Shown in pieces: positions 17,097 through 26,357 of a stretch of DNA of 32,000 bases. The DNA is from Candidatus Thorarchaeota archaeon (lineage in GTDB: Archaea; Asgardarchaeota; Heimdallarchaeia; Hodarchaeales; Hodarchaeaceae). The stretch is from positions 108,144 to 140,143 of the forward strand of contig JBHLRO010000008.1 in the NCBI GenBank assembly GCA_048882505.1, written 5' to 3'. Position numbers and translations under genes: made by a program. Every line of letters begins with the position of its first letter. Within the stretch, counting starts at the first letter, position 1. The notes below the pieces were generated by a model. It did not search any database. It worked only from the letters and a program-made list of their open reading frames with translations, and was not told the origin of the DNA.

Positions 17097-17654
17097 CTAG
17101 GAACTCCCGTATATCTGTTTCTTTAGCTTTTCAATATCCGCATCTAGTATTTTCATTTTCTCGTTAATTTCGTCATATTCTTGGGAAATTTGAGTTAAAT
17201 AAACGCCTTCATCGCGATCTAAATCCGAAGTTGAAAGAGACTTTATTACTCTCTTTTGAACTTCAATATCTTCTTGAAGGGCATTTTGTCTAGAATTTAG
17301 AATTTCAACGGTTTTTTTTAAACTCGTGGCTTCTCTATCTAAAATGATTTTCTTGCTTTCAAGCTCCATAACCATGTTTTTGTTGGAAGTTATTGTACCA
17401 CTTAATTCTTCCGGATTTTCATTAGCATCATGACTGTTTAGTAAATATTTCAATTCTGGAGTTTCAGAAAGTTTTTCATCGATCTTGTTTTGCAGATCAT
17501 GTAAGATTTCTTGTTTTTGTGTAATTTTACGTGTGAGCAATGCTTGAACACGTTGGTTTTTCGCACGATTTCGTTCAAAAATTTGCTTCTTCTCCTCCAA
17601 AACTTCATCAAGCTCAATTTCGGATAATTGAGACAATTGATCTCGCGATTTCAC
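17097..17654 (-). CDS. Hypothetical coiled-coil protein
   Basis: 185-aa ORF that is almost entirely heptad-like and charged, 26 nt upstream of the next coiled-coil gene. Confidence 0.7.
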   Translation of the reverse strand: MKSRDQLSQLSEIELDEVLEEKKQIFERNRAKNQRVQALLTRKITQKQEILHDLQNKIDEKLSETPELKYLLNSHDANENPEELSGTITSNKNMVMELESKKIILDREATSLKKTVEILNSRQNALQEDIEVQKRVIKSLSTSDLDRDEGVYLTQISQEYDEINEKMKILDADIEKLKKQIYGSS

Positions 17655-17930
17655 GGTTTTTTACTCCAAATCATGAGTTTGGATATAATATTGATAATTT
17701 TTCTGTTTTTGCTTACTAGTGTTCGGGCAGAAAAGAGTTTTTATTGCGCTAGGTCTGGATTCCCTGTTGAATTTCCCTCTATCCCGTTTTGGTTCAGATT
17801 CCTTCTTCTGGTATGAATTCCAATGAAAACAGGTTGAAATGAGACAAATACTCCTTTCCAAGCCTGAAATTGGAGGCCGTCTCAACCATGTCATCAAAAC
17901 CAAATAATAGGAAGGGAGAATCCCTCAAAC

Positions 17931-20270
17931 TTACTCAAGGGGTGATGTTGTTAATTTCAAAATTTCTTTTCCCTTTTCTTGCCATTTTGCGATTGTTCCA
18001 GGTTTGAATCCGTTTAGCTTATTTGCTAATTCTAAAGGATTTTTTTCAACCAAATCCCTTATGTTCCTAATTCCTTGTAATGCCAACTGGTAATACGCCC
18101 TGGGACCTAAGCCAGGTACGTCTCGCAATGTCATTGGAAGTTGAGAAATACCAAAACAAATGTCAAGTAGGATAGGATCAGAGAAATACAATCTGCTTAT
18201 TAATTGATTGAGCTCCCTGGTTCCTTTCTCTAAATCATCATTGGAACCAAATCGGATTTTCTTTACAAGATTGGATATTTCTTTTTGCTTATCCAATGCA
18301 ATGTTCCTAGGGATGGGGAGTTCCTCCAAAAAAATCTTTTGAACCCTTGCAAAAAGACGTTTATAGGAAAACATAGATTTATAATAGAAATTAATAAGAT
18401 CTGAATTCAGAATGGCAAGGATTGTATCCATGCTATACTTATTTCTAAATTCTGATTTTAACCATAGCATTTGAACAGAATCTAGAACAAGAAAATGTTC
18501 TTCATCATCGAGTGCGGCGATAATGCTCGAACTTACTCTTTTGATTACGATCTTTTCTTGTAAATACCAGCTAAGAGGCTTAAGTTTAACTTTTGAATTT
18601 CCAAGTTTATTCAATTCAATATATCGACCTGAGAAAGACCTTCTTTTCCATACAATTCTAAATTTGTCAATATTCTCCCCTGCAATCACCTTGTGGGATA
18701 TGGATCCTTTTTTTGGAGGATAAGAAACGGTTTTTTTCTTGCTAAGATTTTCTATTCCACGGCGGATCGTACAGACATCTCTTAATCGTATTAAGTCTCC
18801 TCCAGCAACCATTTCGATCATTGTCTGAAAGATTGGAATTGATTCAAGTTTCAGATTGACCGAAAAAACATTGTATGGATTATTTTCGAAGGTCTCTTGA
18901 GAAATTTCCGTAGATGGATCAACAAAAGTAGAGTAACTCCCCCTTGTGTCATTGGCTTTGACCTCCCCTGGTGAGGTGTGGATTATTTTGACGAAATTGA
19001 ATGATCGTGCATCACGACTTTTACACTTCTCCAAGAAGATAACAACGTTACTAATCCCCCCTTCCGAGAATACTTTCCCATCCAGAATGACTAGACTCCT
19101 GATTTTACATGTTTTTAACATGTACTTTCGACAGTTCCAGGCACTAAGTCCCGCTAATATGATATCAGGAACAATAAATCCGAGTATCCCGCCTTCTTTC
19201 AATACTTCGATCCCTTGCTCAATAAATAAGTAAAAGACGTTGGGGTTTCGATTATCATGCGGCCAGGACTGAAACTTTTCCTTAAAATACTCCAGATCTG
19301 ATTTTGGAATATGAGAAGTGTGATATGCCCTTCCTTTTGAAGTCCGGGCTTTTTGACCTGAGAGAAGAAAATAAGGAGGATTCCCAACAACCAAATCAAA
19401 TTCTTTACTCATTAAATCTGAACTAGGAGTTCTTAGAATCGGTTTTCCTTTTGGTGTGAAACTGTCTTTAAGAGCATTTCCATGTGCCAGATTCATTTTT
19501 GATATGGAAAAGCTTTGATCTTTCAATAATAAATTCAAAACCGTGAATTGAAGTGGGAAGGATTCGATATCAAGTCCATAAAGACATTTTAACAAATCGG
19601 GGTCTTTCTTATCACCAATTAAATCAGTTTTTTTGTTCAATCCTGAAGATAGCATGTCATATGCTTCTATTAAAAAACCCCCACTGCCGCAGGCCGGGTC
19701 CAAGATTCTGAAGGAGGACTTGACAATCAATTCCTTCCAGGGAGAAAAAATTAGACAGAAGTGTAGTATAAACCTAATTATATAGTCGGGCGTCGTATAA
19801 AGACCCAGTTCCTTCCGCTCAACGTCTGTGAGAAATTTCTCATAACACTTGTATACTTGTTCTCCTTTAACCCCAGCCATATTTGAAGATGAAACCATTT
19901 TATGGATTTTGGTTATAAGTTGCTCATCTTCCAAATCCATCCATCTAAAAAAAGATTGGATAAGATCGATCTGGGTTCCTTGCATTTCCACCAGGTGGAT
20001 CAAGATAATTCGATTAATCAGAGAAAAAGCAATTTCCTTCGATAAAATCGGTAGCCACGTTTCAAGATCTTCCTGGTTAAAACCTTTGGAGTGTAACCAT
20101 CCTTCCAGATTAATTAATCTAGATTTGCTAGCTCCCTCTATAATCTGAGAAATCTCCTCTCTTAACCTTTTTCCGAAATATTCTTCCAAAACGGGAACGG
20201 TTGATTCATAAAGTGATTCCAGGCTAGTTATGCGTTTTATGGCGTGATAATCCACTCGTTGATCCACCAA
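17931..20270 (-). CDS. Gamma-class N6-adenine DNA methyltransferase (type IIG-like MTase + TaqI_C TRD, no nuclease domain) with C-terminal helix-hairpin-helix domain
   Basis: LGLYTTPDYI (X), RILDPACGSGGFL (I), YGLDI (II), FDLVVGNPPY (IV), GGILGFIVP, TRD block QEKIVIKRVSSSIIAALD, and C-terminal LRDVPGLGPRAYYQL..GIRNIRDL..NPLELA. Confidence 0.9.
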   Translation of the reverse strand: MVDQRVDYHAIKRITSLESLYESTVPVLEEYFGKRLREEISQIIEGASKSRLINLEGWLHSKGFNQEDLETWLPILSKEIAFSLINRIILIHLVEMQGTQIDLIQSFFRWMDLEDEQLITKIHKMVSSSNMAGVKGEQVYKCYEKFLTDVERKELGLYTTPDYIIRFILHFCLIFSPWKELIVKSSFRILDPACGSGGFLIEAYDMLSSGLNKKTDLIGDKKDPDLLKCLYGLDIESFPLQFTVLNLLLKDQSFSISKMNLAHGNALKDSFTPKGKPILRTPSSDLMSKEFDLVVGNPPYFLLSGQKARTSKGRAYHTSHIPKSDLEYFKEKFQSWPHDNRNPNVFYLFIEQGIEVLKEGGILGFIVPDIILAGLSAWNCRKYMLKTCKIRSLVILDGKVFSEGGISNVVIFLEKCKSRDARSFNFVKIIHTSPGEVKANDTRGSYSTFVDPSTEISQETFENNPYNVFSVNLKLESIPIFQTMIEMVAGGDLIRLRDVCTIRRGIENLSKKKTVSYPPKKGSISHKVIAGENIDKFRIVWKRRSFSGRYIELNKLGNSKVKLKPLSWYLQEKIVIKRVSSSIIAALDDEEHFLVLDSVQMLWLKSEFRNKYSMDTILAILNSDLINFYYKSMFSYKRLFARVQKIFLEELPIPRNIALDKQKEISNLVKKIRFGSNDDLEKGTRELNQLISRLYFSDPILLDICFGISQLPMTLRDVPGLGPRAYYQLALQGIRNIRDLVEKNPLELANKLNGFKPGTIAKWQEKGKEILKLTTSPLE

Positions 20271-20370
20271 TAAATATGGATTTGAACGATTTTAACTTGA
20301 TAACCTATAAGTAAAGCTTCTTTTGGTAAATTGGATACTATAAATTGCGTTTCCGAAGCAAGCCCTCTCT

Positions 20371-20796
20371 TTAAATCAATCCATAAATTTTCAGAATAAA
20401 TGTTTCCAGGGCTTTTTCCATGTTCTTTCCAGGGGGATCGAAATGAGAGGTATATGGACAATAATCATCCAGGATAGCAACGTGATTAGAATGATCCCAG
20501 ATTACAGGATAAAACCTACATCCTATGGGTCGAACTGAGTAAATAATACATTTGCCTTCTGCATTTAGAAAGACGCAGTATTCCCCTTCGACCCCGTCGA
20601 CGCGTTTCGCCTCATTTTGTATAACCTTTTGGCCCTCATCATTAATAAATGAAAAATCCGAAGGTTTTAAATTCGTAGATTCGGAAATTCGATTAATATC
20701 CAGTTTAGAAAGAATCATTTCTGTTTCTCTGCAACAGTGATGACATTTGCGTAAAAGACAGATGTTTCCTGGGGTAATGTTCTGATATCCTACCAT
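20371..20796 (-). CDS. YkgJ-family cysteine-cluster (CxxCxxCC-like, putative Fe-S/Zn) protein
   Basis: CLLRKCHHCC...CVFL..EGKCIIYSVRPIGCRFYP...CP. Confidence 0.85.
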   Translation of the reverse strand: MVGYQNITPGNICLLRKCHHCCRETEMILSKLDINRISESTNLKPSDFSFINDEGQKVIQNEAKRVDGVEGEYCVFLNAEGKCIIYSVRPIGCRFYPVIWDHSNHVAILDDYCPYTSHFDPPGKNMEKALETFILKIYGLI

Positions 20797-20874
20797 TGAA
20801 CCCTTCCAAACAGATTTAGATAATATCCCAAGCTATAAATGTGATCAGGAAATTCATTAGGCTCTCTCCGCAAG

Positions 20875-21414
20875 TTAATCTTGATTAGATAATTCCCGTC
20901 CAAACAGATCTTTTTCTGTAGTGTCATGGTTTTCATCATGGGTGTATTCACGGTTTTCAAACCGATTAAGCGCATCCTCCAAAGCTATCAGGTTTTCTTT
21001 CAATTTTTCAAATCCTTTCATGAATCGAAGCCCCATTCCCAATACAAAGCTTGAAAATTGCAATTCGGATCCAATTTTGGTGTTTAGTTCAAAACCCAAT
21101 TGCATTTTTATGAAGGATAATGCCTGTCGACTCTCCTCAGAATCGCGATGGGAGAGATATTCATAGAGAACAGCTCCAAAATTGTAACCCCATACCTTCG
21201 CTAAATCGTCCTCAGAGCCTCCTATCAGTTGAATACTGTTTTGAGCTTTTTCAAAAGAGTCCTCAATTCGTTCCTTGACGTCTTGGGCTATCTTATCACT
21301 TATTTTGAGCTGCTTTTTCAATTGACGTACTTTAGAAGCGAGCTGTCTTATCTCAATGGTTTCCTCTTCCGCTGAGAGACGTCCCATGAGATTACGTTCT
21401 GGATGCTTTTTCAT
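20875..21414 (-). CDS. Hypothetical helical protein
   Basis: 179-aa ORF filling the gap between pyrG and the YkgJ gene; no motif recognised. The start may be ATG 21387. Confidence 0.6.
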   Translation of the reverse strand: MKKHPERNLMGRLSAEEETIEIRQLASKVRQLKKQLKISDKIAQDVKERIEDSFEKAQNSIQLIGGSEDDLAKVWGYNFGAVLYEYLSHRDSEESRQALSFIKMQLGFELNTKIGSELQFSSFVLGMGLRFMKGFEKLKENLIALEDALNRFENREYTHDENHDTTEKDLFGRELSNQD

Positions 21415-21543
21415 TTCAATCCAAGTCCTAAGGGTATGAAACGCTACTAAGTAGAATCGCCAGGTAACCTTAATAATTTTAATCCAATGGAGACTTTATT
21501 CGCAATTATTATTCGGCTATATATACCAGCAAACAGACAAAAA

Positions 21544-23202
21544 TCATTCTATTAATACAACGGGTTCTTCGTCTTTTGTTTTTCCCGTAATTCGTTGTTG
21601 TTTACAGATATTAGCTGCTTCCACCAAACTTACAAACAACGGATGTGGATTCTCAAATCTAGATAAGAATTCAGGATGGTACTGGACCCCAATAAAGAAT
21701 GGATGAGTGGAAATTTCCCCAATGTGGATTACACTTTTATCACTTGATAAGCCAGAGAATTTGAACCCTCTGGATTCGATCTGTCCTACGTAATCAGGAT
21801 TAATCTCGTATCGGTGCCGGAAACGTTCATGTACAACCTCATTATCATAAATCTTTCGTGCTAACGTATTGGGTTCAATTAAGATTGGATACGTACCCAA
21901 TCGCATGGTTCCACCTTTTTTATAGACATCTCGTTGTGAGGGTAGCAAGGTGATTACAGGATGAGGCGTGTCTGCATTAAATTCGGTTGAATTTGCCTTT
22001 TCCAATCCAACCACGTTTCTACTGAATTCAATGACGGCACATTGAAGGCCCAAGCATATTCCTAAGAAAGGAATACTCTTTTCCCTTACTTCTTGAATTA
22101 AGGCGATTTTTCCCTCGGTCCCCCGTACACCAAATCCTCCAGGGATTATGACAGCGTCACATATACTGAGAGATTTCTGAATAACTATCCGATCAATCCC
22201 AGTGGTTTCTATATAGATCGGATTCACCTTAATACCCAGTTTAGCCCCTGCATGTGTCAATGCCTTTATTATGGAAACATATGCGTCTTCGAGGGCTGTA
22301 TATTTTCCTCCTATTCCAACCACAACTTCATGAATTGGATTCTTGATGTTTTCAACGAGATTTCTCCACGTTACCAGATCGGGCATCCGACGTGGTCCCA
22401 TACGAAGGGTATTAAAAATTACAGTGAGGATTTCTTCCTCCATCAAACGAAAGGGGTATTCGTAGATAAGGGAGATATCATGTCCTGAAATGACATTGCT
22501 TACGGGAACATTACAAAATAATGCTACTTTCCTTCGTACTTCGGCCGAAATGGGCTCCTCAGAACGACATATCAAAATATCTGGTTGGACACCCATCCCC
22601 TGTAATGTTCGGACGCTTGTTTGGGTTGGCTTCGTTTTTTGTTCCCCAACCACCTTCAGTACAGGAACCAGAGTAACATGTATCCAACAAAAATTCGATA
22701 GTCCTTGTCTAAGACGATGTTGACGTAAAGCTTCGATGAAATACGCGTTTTCTATATCCCCAACAGTACCACCAACTTCAATTAATGTAATATCGGATTC
22801 AGTGTCCTTTCGTTGAATCCAGAGGATGATTTCGTTGATGACATGAGGAATAAACTGAATGTCCTGTCCCAAAAATTCCCCTCTTCTTTCCTTCTCAATA
22901 ATCTCCTTAAAGATTCGTCCACCGGTTAAACTACTCCAAGAGTCCAAAGAAATATTGAGAAATCGTTCATAAGTTCCGAGATCCATGTCACACTCGGTTC
23001 CATCCTCTAGGACGAACACCTCGCCATGTTTAAAGGGATTGATCGTTCCGGCATCTACATTAAGGTAACCATCAAACTTTATCGGGCGGACTGAGTATCC
23101 AGATTCACTTAAGAGCTTACATACCGAAGCCGCCAATAATCCTTTACCTAATCCCGATAACACTCCGCCTGTAACAACAACGTATTTTTTTTCGCCACTC
23201 AT
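21544..23202 (-). CDS. pyrG: CTP synthase
   Basis: KYVVVTGGVLSGLGKG, KFDGYLNVDAGT.NPFKHGEVFV..DG.ECDMDLG.YERF, GICLGLQ (catalytic Cys), RFRHRYE and QYHPEF. ATG 23202 is preferred over GTG 23214. Confidence 0.98.
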   Translation of the reverse strand: MSGEKKYVVVTGGVLSGLGKGLLAASVCKLLSESGYSVRPIKFDGYLNVDAGTINPFKHGEVFVLEDGTECDMDLGTYERFLNISLDSWSSLTGGRIFKEIIEKERRGEFLGQDIQFIPHVINEIILWIQRKDTESDITLIEVGGTVGDIENAYFIEALRQHRLRQGLSNFCWIHVTLVPVLKVVGEQKTKPTQTSVRTLQGMGVQPDILICRSEEPISAEVRRKVALFCNVPVSNVISGHDISLIYEYPFRLMEEEILTVIFNTLRMGPRRMPDLVTWRNLVENIKNPIHEVVVGIGGKYTALEDAYVSIIKALTHAGAKLGIKVNPIYIETTGIDRIVIQKSLSICDAVIIPGGFGVRGTEGKIALIQEVREKSIPFLGICLGLQCAVIEFSRNVVGLEKANSTEFNADTPHPVITLLPSQRDVYKKGGTMRLGTYPILIEPNTLARKIYDNEVVHERFRHRYEINPDYVGQIESRGFKFSGLSSDKSVIHIGEISTHPFFIGVQYHPEFLSRFENPHPLFVSLVEAANICKQQRITGKTKDEEPVVLIE

Positions 23203-23313
23203 CTGAAATCCCACATGTCTCTCAAATAATCATGCAATAAAAATAACCGAAAGCCAAAAAGCCTGCAAACCAGAATCTATATTATTTGAGAATCTTTTTG
23301 GATTCAAACGCCC

Positions 23314-23337
23314 GGTTACTTCAATATTGAAGAAACC
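23314..23337. promoter_or_regulatory. 24-bp near-perfect palindrome upstream of pyrG (possible operator)
   Basis: GGTT-A-CTTCAATATTGAAG-A-AACC: a perfect 14-bp core with 4-bp flanks beyond one mismatch. Confidence 0.4.
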
Positions 23338-23520
23338 CGAGACTAATAAACGCCTAAGATTATTGAGATTTTTTAAAACCTTTGGAATAATAGAATCCCC
23401 TTTCTAGGCCATATGATCAAGAATGGATTGAGCCAAATATTATCGGGGATCCATATTTTTATTATCTTACCACCCCTGCAATCAACAGGATCTCGCTATC
23501 TGCTGAAAGAATGTTCCTTT

Positions 23521-25035
23521 TTAGGATCCCCAACCATATATGGACGAGTATTTATCCTCCAGGTACTGTAAAAAGTATTTTGCGTTCATACGTTCGCCCG
23601 TGATCCTTTCAATAAATTCTGGGGGATCATAAAGGTTCCCTGGTGAGTGGATCTTCTCCTTCAACCATAGAATAATCGGGGAAAGATTTCCTTTCCTCAG
23701 TAATTCTGAGTAGTTTGGCAGATCTTTTTTAATCGAACTCAACATCTGTGCGTTATAAAGGGATCCTAAGGCATAGGTTGGAAAATATCCAAACAGACCT
23801 CCTGCCCAATGAGTATCTTGCATAACTCCCTCTGAATCATCTTGAATTTCCACGCCTAGATATTGCTTGTATTTCTGGTTCCATATTTCAGGGAGTTGAT
23901 CCACATTGATCTTCCCAGCTATTAAATCTCTTTCGATTTCAAACCGAATAATTATGTGAAGGCAGTAGGTCATTTCATCCGCTTCCACGCGGATTTTAGT
24001 TCTCTGTACGTTGTTAATGGCCCGATATATAGTCTGTAGGTCTAAATCCTTGAAGAGATCACCAGTATGTTTTAACAACCGTGGATAATAGAAATCCCAA
24101 AATTCAGGGGATCGGCCAATTACGTTCTCAATAAGGCGTGATTGCGATTCATGGAGTCCATAAGAAGCGGAGGCTCCAACTGGCTGGTACTTGAATTCTG
24201 AATCCAGATTTTGCTCGTAAATTCCGTGGCCGGCCTCATGGAGGACGGAAAAAAATGAACTAGTGAAGTTATCCTCGTAGTAATGCGTGGTTATGCGCAC
24301 ATCATCCAGGTATCCTATTGTAAATGGGTGTTCAGTTTCATCGATTCGTCCCCTAGTTAGATCGTAGTCTACTACTGACGATAAGTCCTCTGAAAGCTTC
24401 CGTTGGATCGAGATGGGACAGTTCCGACGCAATACTTTAGGATCTGGTCTATCTGTAGCTTTAACACATTTCTCGATTATGGGAAGTAGTCCTGTTTTAA
24501 GATCTTGAAAGATCTGCGTATATACTTCTTGGGTCATTCCAGGTTCGTATTCATCAAGCAAAACGTTGTATGGGTTTTTCTCTGGGCTAAGTAATGATGC
24601 CCGTTTTTTCACTAATTCAATAATTTTACTTAATTCTGGCTTAAATATTTCATAGTTCTTGTCCTTTTTGGCTTGTTTCCATGTATGAACACCAATAGTA
24701 GTTTGACGTGTATATTCTTCGATAAATTCCCTGGGGAGGCGAATCGCCCTTGTGTGATCACGTTCAAGCAAAAAAATGTTCCTTTTTTGATGAGAGTTCA
24801 TGGCGTTATACTCGGGAGAGGTTTTAACTTCATTTATAAGCTCCCCGATGCGCGTATCGGTGATTCTATCATGTACTAGAGCAGCAAGCAATGCCAGTTG
24901 TTCAGATCGCTGGTCTACACCTTTTTTTGGCATATATGTTTCAAAATCCCATTCTAAAACGGATATCGCTTGGTTTAGAATCTCATGTTCCCTGTAAAGG
25001 GCTAGTAACTCCTTGTACGCACCTTGAATAGACAT
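23521..25035 (-). CDS. Carboxypeptidase, M32 family (Taq/Pfu carboxypeptidase-like)
   Basis: HPFT, DVRITT, HEAGHGIYEQ (HEXXH), HESQS, IRVEADE.TYCLHIIIRFEIE, QDTHW..G.FGYFPTYALG. Confidence 0.97.
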   Translation of the reverse strand: MSIQGAYKELLALYREHEILNQAISVLEWDFETYMPKKGVDQRSEQLALLAALVHDRITDTRIGELINEVKTSPEYNAMNSHQKRNIFLLERDHTRAIRLPREFIEEYTRQTTIGVHTWKQAKKDKNYEIFKPELSKIIELVKKRASLLSPEKNPYNVLLDEYEPGMTQEVYTQIFQDLKTGLLPIIEKCVKATDRPDPKVLRRNCPISIQRKLSEDLSSVVDYDLTRGRIDETEHPFTIGYLDDVRITTHYYEDNFTSSFFSVLHEAGHGIYEQNLDSEFKYQPVGASASYGLHESQSRLIENVIGRSPEFWDFYYPRLLKHTGDLFKDLDLQTIYRAINNVQRTKIRVEADEMTYCLHIIIRFEIERDLIAGKINVDQLPEIWNQKYKQYLGVEIQDDSEGVMQDTHWAGGLFGYFPTYALGSLYNAQMLSSIKKDLPNYSELLRKGNLSPIILWLKEKIHSPGNLYDPPEFIERITGERMNAKYFLQYLEDKYSSIYGWGS

Positions 25036-25146
25036 ATGATGTACCTACTCTTTTCCATTTGCCTTAGGTAATGCGTCCGATTCTCCAGAGGTTCCAAAAT
25101 AAGAATTATTAAACTGGAAAACGTAAAGCCTCAGTGGTGAGATCGG

Positions 25147-26250
25147 TTGATTCCGACCTTAAACAAACCCACACTATTATTAGATGTAAGGAAAGTAAAG
25201 AAAAATATTAGAAAAATGGCGCAAAAAGCCAAAACAAAAGGAGTGAGGTTTCGGCCGCATTTCAAGACCCATCAAAGCCGCGAAGTTGGAGAATGGTTCA
25301 GGGAACTTGGTGTTTCAATGATTACGGTCTCTTCGTTGGATATGGCGTGGTACTTCCAGAGGGCCGACTGGAGAGATATAACAATAGCGATCCCCTGTAA
25401 TCCTTTGCTGTCCAAGGAGATTGACCGTTTGGCTGGTCATTGCCAACTTAATGTTCTTGTCGAGTCTCCCTCAGTTATTGATGATTTGGCCCATTCTGTT
25501 AAGAACGAAGTGGGAGTATGGATTGAAATTGATGTGGGTGATCTGAGAACCGGGGTTTCATGGGAGGATCAAAATCGACTCTCCAAGCTCCATGAAGCGA
25601 TAACTAAAAGGGAACAATTTAGATTTATGGGTATTTTAACTCATGCTGGGCAAACGTACAAAGCTTCTACTACTCAAGAAATTTTGGAGGTATATGGGAA
25701 TTCAATTCAACGAATGAATGAAGCAAAAACGTATTTAAAGGAAATTGGAGCTGAGAAAATTGAAATATCAGTCGGTGACACTCCCTCGATGAGTTTGGTT
25801 GATGATTTCGGAAATGTCGATGAAATCCGGCCAGGAAGTTTTGTTTTTTACGACCTGACTCAAGTTGCGTTGGGCGTTGCACAGGAGGAAGACATTGCAA
25901 TAGGTGTGGCCTGTCCCGTTATAGCGAAGAATTTGGACCGTGGAGAAATCGTAGTTCACGGAGGGGCTGTTCATCTATCAAAAGAAACTCTCCGACTTGC
26001 TAATGGGGATCTTGCATTCGGAAAAGTAACCACTTTCTCGGAGTCGATCTGGGGCACTTCACTGGAGGATGTATATGTTTCAAATATTTCGCAAGAACAC
26101 GGTGTAATTAGAGCCCCTAAAGAATTTGTCAAAGGAGTAAATTACGGAGATATCCTTGTGATCTTACCCGTACATTCATGCCTAACTGCTAATCTATTTA
26201 CAAAATTTAGGACTCTGGAGGGGAATTTCATTTCAAGTTTTCATATATGA
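25147..26250 (+). CDS. DSD1-family fold-type III PLP enzyme (D-serine dehydratase / D-threonine aldolase-like)
   Basis: PTLLLD...KNI, RPHFKTH (PLP Lys), EIDVGDLRTGV, SVGDTPS, EIRPGSFVFYD, SQEHG and PVHSC. A GGTGA RBS precedes TTG 25147. Confidence 0.85.
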   Translation: MIPTLNKPTLLLDVRKVKKNIRKMAQKAKTKGVRFRPHFKTHQSREVGEWFRELGVSMITVSSLDMAWYFQRADWRDITIAIPCNPLLSKEIDRLAGHCQLNVLVESPSVIDDLAHSVKNEVGVWIEIDVGDLRTGVSWEDQNRLSKLHEAITKREQFRFMGILTHAGQTYKASTTQEILEVYGNSIQRMNEAKTYLKEIGAEKIEISVGDTPSMSLVDDFGNVDEIRPGSFVFYDLTQVALGVAQEEDIAIGVACPVIAKNLDRGEIVVHGGAVHLSKETLRLANGDLAFGKVTTFSESIWGTSLEDVYVSNISQEHGVIRAPKEFVKGVNYGDILVILPVHSCLTANLFTKFRTLEGNFISSFHI

Positions 26251-26357
26251 CAATATTTCGAGAAATCGGGGTATGGCAAACCCACCAATATCACCAAACT
26301 TCTATAAGGCCAAAGCCTGATCTAAAAGCAAAATGTACAGTAAACCATATTTTGGTC

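Noticed and set aside
16114-17654. Coiled-coil proteins as ESCRT-III/Snf7, SMC or prefoldin homologs
   Set aside because: No Snf7 helix pattern or MIM tail, no Walker motifs and no prefoldin beta-hairpin were recognised by eye.
17661-17903. 80-aa minus-strand ORF between the MTase and the coiled-coil genes
   Set aside because: No RBS or motif, and an atypical composition. It cannot be supported as a gene, though it is not excluded.
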